A stretch of 32,000 bases of DNA from Candidatus Lokiarchaeum ossiferum. Lineage in GTDB: Archaea; Asgardarchaeota; Lokiarchaeia; Sigyniarchaeales; Promethearchaeaceae. The stretch lies in contig CP104013.1 of assembly GCA_025839675.1 (NCBI GenBank), positions 1,950,001 through 1,982,000 on the forward strand, written 5' to 3'. Position numbers and translations under genes: made by a program. The stretch's first letter is position 1. Each line of letters begins with the position of its first letter. The notes under the pieces are model-generated. The model saw nothing but the letters and a program-made list of their open reading frames with translations, was not told the DNA's origin and did no database searches. Shown here piece by piece: positions 8,927 to 17,035 of the stretch.

Positions 8927-9850
8927 TCACAATTTTATTGAGTCATGAAGGAATTTATCTCGCCATGTTTCCAAAATAACTCCATCATACATCATATTTA
9001 TTTCAATTTGTTTAATCCCATTAATGCTTTGAATAGATTCTCGCAATTTAGATAATTTCTCAAATGAATCCACCCACCACACACTGAATAAGAAATTAGG
9101 TAGATTGGAAAATTGCATACAATACACATTATTTTCTCCATAACTGGCATTAATTTGAGATTCAATTTGGGCGGGTGTATAATCGTCCTCAATGGTTAGA
9201 TGCAGATAGGCCAAAATATCGCTTTTTTTGTTCGGAATCCAATCAATTGTAAAATGCACCAGATACTTCTCACTCAGAATTGAAATACGTTTGTTAATTG
9301 TTTTTGCTGAAATCCCGATTATCGAAGAAATTTCGGATGCTTTTTTCCGGGAATCATATTGCAGTTCTCGAATTATTTGCAAATCGGTTTTATCTAAGTC
9401 ATTTATTTTTCCAGGTATTGGAAAAGATGGCCCAATTCCCACAATCACCTCAGACAGATCTGCAGCATTTTTTGCAAAAGCAACAACTTCTGACAATTCA
9501 TCAATAGAATGAAGATAAGCACCAATATAAACTAGATTTCCTGCACCAAATGTCACCCAATAGTACCTATTGTCCCGCACTAAATTCCTTTTTAGAATAT
9601 TGAGCGAAAACAAACTTGTTTTCCCAAAAATTATGACTTGAATTCCAGAAAATGCACCTAAGGAAATATTTGTCCGAAATTTTTGAATTATTCCCGAATC
9701 AATCAAATTTTGAACACGTTTGTGGACAGAATTGATAGAAATTCCTAGACTCTCAGCCATTTCTCGATAGGATTGGCGAGAATTAATCAAAAGTAACTTT
9801 GATAATTGTAAATCAGAAGCGTCCACAATATAAGAATGCTTTTCTAGCAA
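8927..9850 (-). CDS. Lrp/AsnC-family transcriptional regulator, tandem fusion of two HTH + ligand-binding (RAM-like) modules
   Basis: 307 aa with two AsnC-type HTH segments: LLLINSRQSYREMAESLGISINSVHKRVQNLIDSGII and LQIIRELQYDSRKKASEISSIIGISAKTINKRISILSEKYLV. Each is followed by about 80-100 aa of beta-alpha-like sequence. The only in-frame start upstream of HTH1 is TTG at 9850, with a stop (TAA) six codons further upstream. Confidence 0.8.
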   Translation of the reverse strand: MLEKHSYIVDASDLQLSKLLLINSRQSYREMAESLGISINSVHKRVQNLIDSGIIQKFRTNISLGAFSGIQVIIFGKTSLFSLNILKRNLVRDNRYYWVTFGAGNLVYIGAYLHSIDELSEVVAFAKNAADLSEVIVGIGPSFPIPGKINDLDKTDLQIIRELQYDSRKKASEISSIIGISAKTINKRISILSEKYLVHFTIDWIPNKKSDILAYLHLTIEDDYTPAQIESQINASYGENNVYCMQFSNLPNFLFSVWWVDSFEKLSKLRESIQSINGIKQIEINMMYDGVILETWRDKFLHDSIKL

Positions 9851-9876
9851 AAAAGGTTGTTTTGATTAAAATAAAT

Positions 9877-10066
9877 TTATGAATTTGATGCGAATTCGTC
9901 CAATGGTTTTGGTTCATCATCGGGAATAACTGAAGATTCAAATGCCAACCTCAGCAAGGGCGTAAATAATGTCAATAATACCATAAAGATTAAAAATATT
10001 ACAGGAGAAAGCTAATAGATCGTGTGAATTGAAAAAGCATCTGCCAAAACTCCCCACAATATTAAA
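9877..10066 (-). pseudogene. remnant of the 3' end of an MFS transporter gene (paralogous copy of 11060..~11250) with an in-frame TAG
   Basis: Hand alignment of 9877..10066 with 11060..11249 is gap-free, with about 25 mismatches in about 190 nt. In the MFS frame the remnant reads ADAFSIHTIY*LSPVIFLIFMVLLTLFTPLLRLAFESSVIPDDEPKPLDEFASNS*. The intact gene reads ADSLSIHSIYLLSPVISLILMVLLTLFTPLLKLKFESSAIPDDEPKPMEELASNS*. Confidence 0.85.
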
Positions 10067-10070
10067 TCAA

Positions 10071-11018
10071 TCAGAGATGATTAATAGATTCTTTGGAGTA
10101 TAAATTATTCAACCAATGTAGTAATACATCAATATATTCCTTCGAAATTATTCCTGTATCATTTCGTAATCCAGATTTCGTAATTGATCTCATAAAATGG
10201 TTTGCCCCTTTTATCTGCTGAATGTTTAGATCTTTTGGACCATAATTTTTCCAAATTTCAATACTTTTCTGTATTGGCACCCAAGGATCTTTTTCCCCAT
10301 ACAATAGTAAAACCGGAATACAAATTTTTTTAATAACTGGGATTGGAGTAAAATCAAGTTCTTGAAACCATTTAGTCTCCGAAGGATTTTTAGGAAGTTC
10401 GCCATCTAAGTACGCAAACTTAAACCAATCTTCGTTTCTTACCAATTCGACTTCATTTAGAACCTCAAAATTGTCTTTCTCTCCCCGAAAATATTGATTC
10501 ACAAATTTTCTGATGTTTAACATCAATTTAACTTTTTTTTCTGAGAATCCATGATCTCTCAGTTCAAATTCAGCGCTATAATCCATTTGTTCGGCAGGTG
10601 ATACACCCGAAGACGATATAGGAATTATAAACGACACATCCTCTGATTCGGAAGCCACCAAAGGTGCTATCCACCCCCCTTGACTTAAGCCCCAAATCCC
10701 TATTTTGTTGGAATCAATATTATTCCTTCGTTTAAGCAGATCTATTGAGGCAATTATATCAGACGCTAAATCTAAAAAGGTGGCATTCTCAAAATTTCCA
10801 GTTGATTCCCCCGAACCTCGTCGGTCAAAAATAAATACCGCAAACCCATTTTTTGGCAATATATCAATTAAATGTTGATAAACTTCAGAATCTTTAGTTG
10901 CGGAACCGGAGGTATGAGCAACGATAATTAGAGGGTTCCGTTTCTCATTAATTGGCATAGCAAGTTTTCCCGCTAAACTAATTTCATCATTTTTAAATTG
11001 AATTTTTTCAAGTTTCAT
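10071..11018 (-). CDS. alpha/beta hydrolase (dienelactone hydrolase / S9-like serine hydrolase)
   Basis: 315 aa. Nucleophile elbow GLSQGG (GxSxG) in IGIWGLSQGGWIAP, HTSGSATKD/FDRRGSGES near the N-terminus, a late acidic residue in GEKDPWVP and a His in GANHF. This is the typical alpha/beta-fold catalytic triad order. Confidence 0.85.
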   Translation of the reverse strand: MKLEKIQFKNDEISLAGKLAMPINEKRNPLIIVAHTSGSATKDSEVYQHLIDILPKNGFAVFIFDRRGSGESTGNFENATFLDLASDIIASIDLLKRRNNIDSNKIGIWGLSQGGWIAPLVASESEDVSFIIPISSSGVSPAEQMDYSAEFELRDHGFSEKKVKLMLNIRKFVNQYFRGEKDNFEVLNEVELVRNEDWFKFAYLDGELPKNPSETKWFQELDFTPIPVIKKICIPVLLLYGEKDPWVPIQKSIEIWKNYGPKDLNIQQIKGANHFMRSITKSGLRNDTGIISKEYIDVLLHWLNNLYSKESINHL

Positions 11019-11059
11019 TCTATTTACCTTTTCTAAATTTGATTTTAGTAAAAAAAAAA

Positions 11060-12367
11060 TTATGAATTTGATGCGAGTTCTTCCATTGGTTTTGGTTCAT
11101 CATCGGGAATAGCTGAAGATTCAAACTTTAACTTCAACAATGGCGTAAATAATGTCAATAATACCATAAGAATTAAAGATATCACAGGAGAAAGCAAATA
11201 GATGGAGTGAATTGAAAGACTATCTGCCACAACCCCCCATAATATCAAAGCTAAGGGAAGTAAACTTTTTATTAATGTGAAGAACGTGGAAAATATTCGA
11301 CCTTGCATTTCTTTAGGAATTACCACCTGCAATAAACTCATAAACTGGACATCTACGAGGGCAATGAAAAATCCAACTAAGGCTCCAAGGGGATAAAATA
11401 ACCATTTTCCGTTTGAAGGTATGAAATATAAGAGTAAAGTTGTGATAGATAGACCGAAGCAATTGACAACTATACTTTTAATCGTAGGAATGTAATTTTT
11501 TTTCTGCATGATTAAAATTGTGGCGACAATATAACCCACATGCACGATTATCATTAGAAAACTGTAAAAATATGCTGATGCTTGATAAAAATCTGATATT
11601 AATTTTGGTAAGAGACTGAAAAGGGGATTAATAAAGATATTTGCCAGTGCAAAGAAAAGGATCAACCAGAATAATTTCTTTTCCATCAAATATATAAGTG
11701 ATTCCTTGATATCGCCGATAAAATTGATCTTTGATTTTTCATTTAATGATTTAGGTAAAGAAGGAATACTAACTTTTAGTAAAACTATGGCAGCTGGAAT
11801 GAAAGTGAATACATCCAACCAATATATTGTTGCAATATCAAAATTAGAAACAGCTATCGCACCAAATGCAGGTGATAAAAGATACGAAAGTGCTTGCAAC
11901 ATGGAATTCAGAGAATTAAATTTTGTTATTTTATCGCTTGGAACCATTGACGACATCACGGATATTCCCGCAGGCATCTGTAAGCCTTGCATTAAACCAC
12001 GAATTCCCAATAGAATATAGATATGATATAATTCAACAACATTGAACCAAAATAACAAGATAAGAGCAAGAGTCGACAGTGCTTGAAATGAATCAGTCAA
12101 AAGTAGAATTTTTTTGCGATTCCAACGATCACAGATAACTCCTGCAAAGGGTGCGATTAATATAGTGGGAAGTAAACCCGCCATTGTAGCTAGGGATAAT
12201 ACGAGGGTTTCAGTATAGGCAGTAGAAAGCCACCAAATTAAGGCAAATTGAACAATAGCACTACCAAAGATAGAGAATTGTTGGGAAGTAAAGATACTAA
12301 TATAACCTTTCAAGTTATACTGATTGGAATCTAAATCAGGACTATTTTTTATCATTTGAGTCACCAA
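11060..12367 (-). CDS. MFS transporter (DHA3 / Mef-EntS-like efflux type)
   Basis: 435 aa and about 12 hydrophobic helices. An MFS motif-A-like loop (GVICDRWNRKKILLL) lies between TM2 and TM3. The track uses a GTG start at 12367; an ATG alternative lies at 12355 (MIKNSP...). Confidence 0.85.
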   Translation of the reverse strand: MVTQMIKNSPDLDSNQYNLKGYISIFTSQQFSIFGSAIVQFALIWWLSTAYTETLVLSLATMAGLLPTILIAPFAGVICDRWNRKKILLLTDSFQALSTLALILLFWFNVVELYHIYILLGIRGLMQGLQMPAGISVMSSMVPSDKITKFNSLNSMLQALSYLLSPAFGAIAVSNFDIATIYWLDVFTFIPAAIVLLKVSIPSLPKSLNEKSKINFIGDIKESLIYLMEKKLFWLILFFALANIFINPLFSLLPKLISDFYQASAYFYSFLMIIVHVGYIVATILIMQKKNYIPTIKSIVVNCFGLSITTLLLYFIPSNGKWLFYPLGALVGFFIALVDVQFMSLLQVVIPKEMQGRIFSTFFTLIKSLLPLALILWGVVADSLSIHSIYLLSPVISLILMVLLTLFTPLLKLKFESSAIPDDEPKPMEELASNS

Positions 12368-12383
12368 TATTTTTTCGAATACA

Positions 12384-12471
12384 ATTTGGATTTGATGATA
12401 AAATCCAAATCATAATAGAATTAAGAAAAAATTAATATTTAAATATTTGGATTTACTTTCTATATCCAAAT
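12384..12471. promoter_or_regulatory. two operator-like inverted repeats sharing the half-site ATTTGGAT(TT) in the divergent MFS / wHTH-regulator intergenic region
   Basis: IR1 is ATTTGGATTT (12384..12393), a 7-nt spacer, then AAATCCAAAT (12401..12410), a perfect 10-bp inverted repeat. IR2 is ATTTGGAT (12445..12452), an 11-nt spacer, then ATCCAAAT (12464..12471). The ATTTGGATTT copies are 61 bp apart. Confidence 0.55.
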
Positions 12472-12525
12472 CGCATTTGATATTTTGCAAAAAATCAAAA
12501 CCATATTAAAGGAGTCCATAAAAAA

Positions 12526-13254
12526 ATGTCTGAAAGAACTAAAAAAAAATCAATTCATCAATTATTTACGAGTAAAATCAAATTCCGCATATATAACTTA
12601 TTTGAAATATATCGAAAATTAACCTTACAAGAAATTGCAGATAAATTATCCCGAAATAAATCAAGCATTCACCCTCATATTCGTGATTTAATTGATCTCG
12701 GTATTTTGAAAGAACCCAAAATTGTCGATGAAAAACGAAATTTCATTTTAGAATTGACCGAGGATTATCAAAGCAAAATCGACACCATTGATAGTGAGAT
12801 AGATCTTTCCAAAGGATTGACTTCTGATGCAATATCCCAAATTTCTCAAATGGGAGTGAAATGGATGAAAATAGAGAAGTCGCTCTTAGATGAACATATA
12901 GAGTTCACTAAAAAAATTCAAAAAATGAATCAAATTCCCAAAAATTTCGAGGAAGTTCACGACTTATGTCAAGATATCTTCAAATTTGAACAAGATTCCA
13001 AAGGACAAATTAAAACCAACGAAAATGGACTGCCATTGAATTCCTCAATTTCCAATAATTCCATCTATTACTTCGATGAAGAAACATACAAGGATTATCG
13101 AAAGGAATTATATAAGTTAGGTGCGAAATATGGAAAAATAATGGACCAAAAAAACGAAAGTGATCCGGATTTGCGACGTTCTGTATGTTTTATCGCCCAC
13201 TCTATGCCGATTGAGAAAATCATTGAAGTGAATAATAGAAAAGATATCGATTAA
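12526..13254 (+). CDS. winged helix-turn-helix (ArsR/MarR-like) DNA-binding protein with uncharacterised C-terminal domain
   Basis: 242 aa. The N-terminal segment KIKFRIYNLFEIYRKLTLQEIADKLSRNKSSIHPHIRDLIDLGILKE looks like an ArsR-type wHTH. The remaining ~160 aa are charged/helical with no family recognised. It is divergent from the MFS gene. Confidence 0.65.
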   Translation: MSERTKKKSIHQLFTSKIKFRIYNLFEIYRKLTLQEIADKLSRNKSSIHPHIRDLIDLGILKEPKIVDEKRNFILELTEDYQSKIDTIDSEIDLSKGLTSDAISQISQMGVKWMKIEKSLLDEHIEFTKKIQKMNQIPKNFEEVHDLCQDIFKFEQDSKGQIKTNENGLPLNSSISNNSIYYFDEETYKDYRKELYKLGAKYGKIMDQKNESDPDLRRSVCFIAHSMPIEKIIEVNNRKDID

Positions 13255-14075
13255 ATTTCAAAATATTCTAAGAAAGGAACATGCATTCCATCTTTTCCAC
13301 CAATTACTTGGATTGCTGGTCCGACCGCTTTTTTAATCTTCTTAATTTGGTCATCAACCCGATCTCCAGAAATAGGGTTGATCATTTGAGCCCCAAAATG
13401 GATTAAAATGCATAATTTAGGGGAAATTTCTTTGAGTAAAGGGATAAACTCCTCTACACATAGGTGACCTCGACAAAAAGAATTGTCGGGACGCAGAACA
13501 TTTGCAACTAAAACATCCACTCCTCTGTATAAGGAAGTATAACCTGGAAAATTGGCAGTATCTGAAGTAAATGCGATTTTAAAATCACGCTGAGGATATT
13601 TTAGAGAAAAAATAAATCCAACATTTTGTAGTTTTCCATGATTTGTTGGGACAGTCTTAATCGAAAAATCTTCCGTGATTAGATACTCATTACTATTATT
13701 AACTGAGATTATTGTTTGAAGTAAATTTTTGTAGTATGAATTTAATTCACCAGATTCAAGATATTCTGTTGGGGCTATAAGGCAACCCCTTGGTTCATGA
13801 TATGCAAAATCCTTTTGAAGAGCTTCGATTATGATAGGAATGCTCATAGAATGATCAGTATGGGCATGTGTTAAGAAAATGTGAGTAGTTAACCTAGAAT
13901 TAATTTTGTAATCCCGTAGGTCACGGATGGCTCCAGGTCCGGGGTCTAGATGGCATTGATATTTCCCATTAAATAATTTTAAAATGATCCCTCCAGTCGA
14001 TCGAAGCTGGGTTGCTGCATGAAATCGCCCTCCAGCTGATCCCAAGATGATGATTTCATCCGAAATGCTTGTCAT
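13251..14075 (-). CDS. MBL-fold metallo-hydrolase
   Basis: HxHxDH motif in FLTHAHTDHSMSI, a Gly-rich N-terminus ILGSAGGRFHA, and a later His in ILIHFG. The track start is 14096 (MIFIFYPM...). I prefer the ATG at 14075 (MTSISDEIIILGSAGG); either is possible. The stop overlaps the convergent regulator gene by 4 nt. Confidence 0.8.
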   Translation of the reverse strand: MTSISDEIIILGSAGGRFHAATQLRSTGGIILKLFNGKYQCHLDPGPGAIRDLRDYKINSRLTTHIFLTHAHTDHSMSIPIIIEALQKDFAYHEPRGCLIAPTEYLESGELNSYYKNLLQTIISVNNSNEYLITEDFSIKTVPTNHGKLQNVGFIFSLKYPQRDFKIAFTSDTANFPGYTSLYRGVDVLVANVLRPDNSFCRGHLCVEEFIPLLKEISPKLCILIHFGAQMINPISGDRVDDQIKKIKKAVGPAIQVIGGKDGMHVPFLEYFEI

Positions 14076-14129
14076 TGGATAAAAAATGAAGATCATTTTA
14101 TTTAAATATGAGGAAAATCTGAATGGGAT

Positions 14130-14939
14130 ATGGATTTAAAAAAATATACTGAGATGAATAAGGAAGCTTGGAATGAAGTGCAACCCATTCACCAGGAAGG
14201 ACGAAAAATAGATTTAAAGGTCGCCGTGAAAGATCCTAATTTCAACACTCTCGCTAAAGAGGAATTAGAGGGATTCACAAAAATTGGATTCAAGGGTAAA
14301 GAAATTGTGCACGTTTGTTGCAATAATGGAATTGAATTACTCTCCTTGGTGAAACTTGGGGCGAAAAGAGGTGTCGGTTACGATATTTCCGACAAATTCA
14401 TTGCGGAAGCTAATCAATATGCCAACATTGCACAAGTGGATTGCAAGTATGTTCAAGCAGATGCTTATGATCTAACACCAAAAGAACACGGATTATTCGA
14501 TATATTATATCTTTCCGTAGGGGCTTTATGCTGGATGCCAGATCTGAAGTTATTTTTTGAAAAATGTGCGTCTTTAATCAAACCAAGTGGACATATCTTT
14601 ATTTTTGATTCTCATCCAGTTACGAGCATGATCGGTTTTGAAGGAGAAGAAGGATACAATCCAGAATATCCATTGAATCCAATCAATTCATACTTTAAAG
14701 ATGATCCATGGATCGAAACTGATGGAATAGATTATATTGGAGGCACTGAATATAAATCTAAACCTATGGCGAGTTTTGCTTATAAAATGGGAGATATTAT
14801 AAACAATCTTATAAATGCAGATATCGAAATCATGGAATTAAACGAATATGCAGAAGATATTGCAACAGTTTATGGCCACGTAAAAGATTTTAAAATATAT
14901 CCTTTATGCTTCTCACTTATTGGCAAGAAGAAAGAGTAA
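14130..14939 (+). CDS. class I SAM-dependent methyltransferase
   Basis: 269 aa. A motif I-like segment KEIVHVCCNNGIELLSL is followed by an acidic loop GVGYDIS, then motif II DILYLSVGALCWMPD and motif III LIKPSGHIFIF. Confidence 0.7.
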   Translation: MDLKKYTEMNKEAWNEVQPIHQEGRKIDLKVAVKDPNFNTLAKEELEGFTKIGFKGKEIVHVCCNNGIELLSLVKLGAKRGVGYDISDKFIAEANQYANIAQVDCKYVQADAYDLTPKEHGLFDILYLSVGALCWMPDLKLFFEKCASLIKPSGHIFIFDSHPVTSMIGFEGEEGYNPEYPLNPINSYFKDDPWIETDGIDYIGGTEYKSKPMASFAYKMGDIINNLINADIEIMELNEYAEDIATVYGHVKDFKIYPLCFSLIGKKKE

Positions 14940-15023
14940 AAAAAAACCAGATTTAGTTAATTTTTTTTAAAATTGAATTCCTTATAACAGGAGATATTTT
15001 TTATTACTTAACAATTAATATTT

Positions 15024-16109
15024 ATGAGAACAGCTAAGAAACATGGTGTCATGATGAAGAACTTTGAACAGATAGATCCTTCGGAAATTGAAGATCCAGC
15101 GAGGAATCTTTTGAAAAAATTGGGAAAACAAATCGAATGTATTTCATTTTTAGGTAGAGGAGAATGTTCAGCAGTTTTTAAAATAGAAACTAAAGAAAAA
15201 GTCTACTGTTTGAAAACTGCCCTCTTTCCAGAACGAAAAAGAAAGGTGCTTAACGAAGCTAAAATTCGTGAAGATTTTATTTCAAAGGGATTGAAGTTTG
15301 TTCCTGCACCAGTATATAATGATGATACATTTTTTCCAAAAGGAGCAGTGTTATTTGATTTCATTGAAGGTGAGAATTCAAAATTTACATCTCCCCACCT
15401 AATTCAGCAGATGGCGAGACATTTAGCTTCAATTCACCAATTGCAATATGAAATAATACCCGATGGCATGGCACAAATGATGAATAACTACCAGAATTTA
15501 ATAATAACATTTCATCACATTGAAACAGATTACCCATTTTTAATTAATCCCGATATAACACAAGCCTTTACTCAAGCTTTACAAGAATATAAAGAACTTC
15601 TTGTTAAAAATGGTAAATCCTTTCCTATCGGTCTCTCCGGGATCCTCCATGGAGATTTGAGCAACAATTTCATTACCGATCCCCAAGAAAAAATATGGTT
15701 AATTGATTGGGAAAATTCGGAATACGGGGATATCTTGGAAGAAATTAGTATGTTTTTATTCGATAATGAAATAGATGAACAGTTGCAAGAAATTTTCCTC
15801 GAAACCTATGCAAAAGCATTTCCTCCAGCATTGCAAGTAAATATGAAAATCCTCGCCCAATTTTATATTCAATTGGTTCCTGCCTTTAATGTATGTTATG
15901 GAATGGATCAATTAGCTACAAATTTAAAATATAATATGGAACCGGAACGAAAATTACGCGACATTGCACAATCAGCTAAGAATTGGGAATCGTTCTTTTC
16001 TCATTCCACTTGCAATTTGATAAAAAAAGGAATTTCCCAACTCATTCGAAAATTGGAAAAGGATTACCATCTCAATGTTCCACTTCAGGATTCTTTCTGG
16101 AAAAAATAA
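15024..16109 (+). CDS. phosphotransferase-family small-molecule kinase (APH / choline-ethanolamine kinase-like)
   Basis: 361 aa. Gly-rich loop plus Lys (FLGRGECSAVFKIETKEKVYCLKTA), Brenner motif HGDLSNNFI, and metal-binding motif LIDWENSEYGDILEEISMF, which resembles the choline kinase IDxEY...D-I-x-x-x-F block. Confidence 0.8.
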   Translation: MRTAKKHGVMMKNFEQIDPSEIEDPARNLLKKLGKQIECISFLGRGECSAVFKIETKEKVYCLKTALFPERKRKVLNEAKIREDFISKGLKFVPAPVYNDDTFFPKGAVLFDFIEGENSKFTSPHLIQQMARHLASIHQLQYEIIPDGMAQMMNNYQNLIITFHHIETDYPFLINPDITQAFTQALQEYKELLVKNGKSFPIGLSGILHGDLSNNFITDPQEKIWLIDWENSEYGDILEEISMFLFDNEIDEQLQEIFLETYAKAFPPALQVNMKILAQFYIQLVPAFNVCYGMDQLATNLKYNMEPERKLRDIAQSAKNWESFFSHSTCNLIKKGISQLIRKLEKDYHLNVPLQDSFWKK

Positions 16110-16696
16110 TCAAGAAACCCATATTTATACGGTTGGTCAATATTTAATCGAGTAATATATTTTTGCTGTTTTTCTAATATTTTGACCCCAGAAAGCATAG
16201 CTTCGCATTCGTCTTCAGATAAAAGTGTATGGATTATATCATACCCATCCCCAGAAGAAACATACTCACCCGGTTCATCTTCAGTATCGGTCTTATGAAT
16301 ATCATCCTTAATATCAATGAAATTAATAAAACCTATCCCACCAGGTTTTAAAATTCGAATTATTTCATCTACAGCTTTTTTTATTTCGATTTTTTTCATA
16401 TGAAAAATTGTATTATATGAATAAACTACATCAAAATGATTATCGGGATATGGAATTGACCGAATATCGGCTTTCTTAAAGTTTATTTCAATTTGATTCT
16501 TTTGAGCAAACTGGTGAGCTGATTGTAAAGCCTCGTCATCAGAATCGATTCCATATAATTCATAATCTTTATCACCAAAAAAGGCCAGTTTGGGGTAAGA
16601 CCCTCCCGCCCCACAATCCAATACTTTTTTTCCCGCAGAATATTGCTCACAAAAATATAAAAGATCGATTAACTCAGTTGTGTATTGCTTACGATT
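16085..16696 (-). CDS. class I SAM-dependent methyltransferase (Methyltransf_11-like)
   Basis: Motif I VLDCGAGGS, acidic residue in LYGIDSD, FDVVYSYNTIFHM, and post-II LKPGGIGFINF. The track start is 16735. I prefer MNRKQYTTELI (ATG at 16696). The 3' end overlaps the convergent kinase gene by 25 nt. Confidence 0.8.
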   Translation of the reverse strand, partial: NRKQYTTELIDLLYFCEQYSAGKKVLDCGAGGSYPKLAFFGDKDYELYGIDSDDEALQSAHQFAQKNQIEINFKKADIRSIPYPDNHFDVVYSYNTIFHMKKIEIKKAVDEIIRILKPGGIGFINFIDIKDDIHKTDTEDEPGEYVSSGDGYDIIHTLLSEDECEAMLSGVKILEKQQKYITRLNIDQPYKYGFLDYFFQKES

Positions 16697-17019
16697 CATG
16701 GTAGTCTCTCCAATTAGAATGTAATAATAATTCATTTAAAAAAGATCTTTTTGAATTGCTCATTCTAGATATGATAGACCCTCTTTTCATGAATAGAAAC
16801 ACTATTCAGAAATTAATTAAAAAAAATAAGGGGATATGAGAAAGTTAGGATTTCTTAATACCCTTTTGTCGGAGTTAAATTCCTGAATTCACATAGATTG
16901 AACAATATGACCAGTATTATGAAATATTTTTTAAACTAGCTATTCTTATGAGGGCATTTGATGATCGGAAAATGCACTATCCACCATTTAGTGCAATATA
17001 TAGTCATAAAAGGCAAAAT

Positions 17020-17028
17020 AAAAAAAAA
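17020..17028 (-). terminator. oligo-T tract (T9 on the minus strand) 8 nt after the dapL stop
   Basis: A9 on the plus strand at 17020..17028, directly downstream of the last gene of the lysine operon. No strong hairpin, so it looks like archaeal-style oligo-T termination. Confidence 0.4.
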
Positions 17029-17035
17029 CAGAAGA

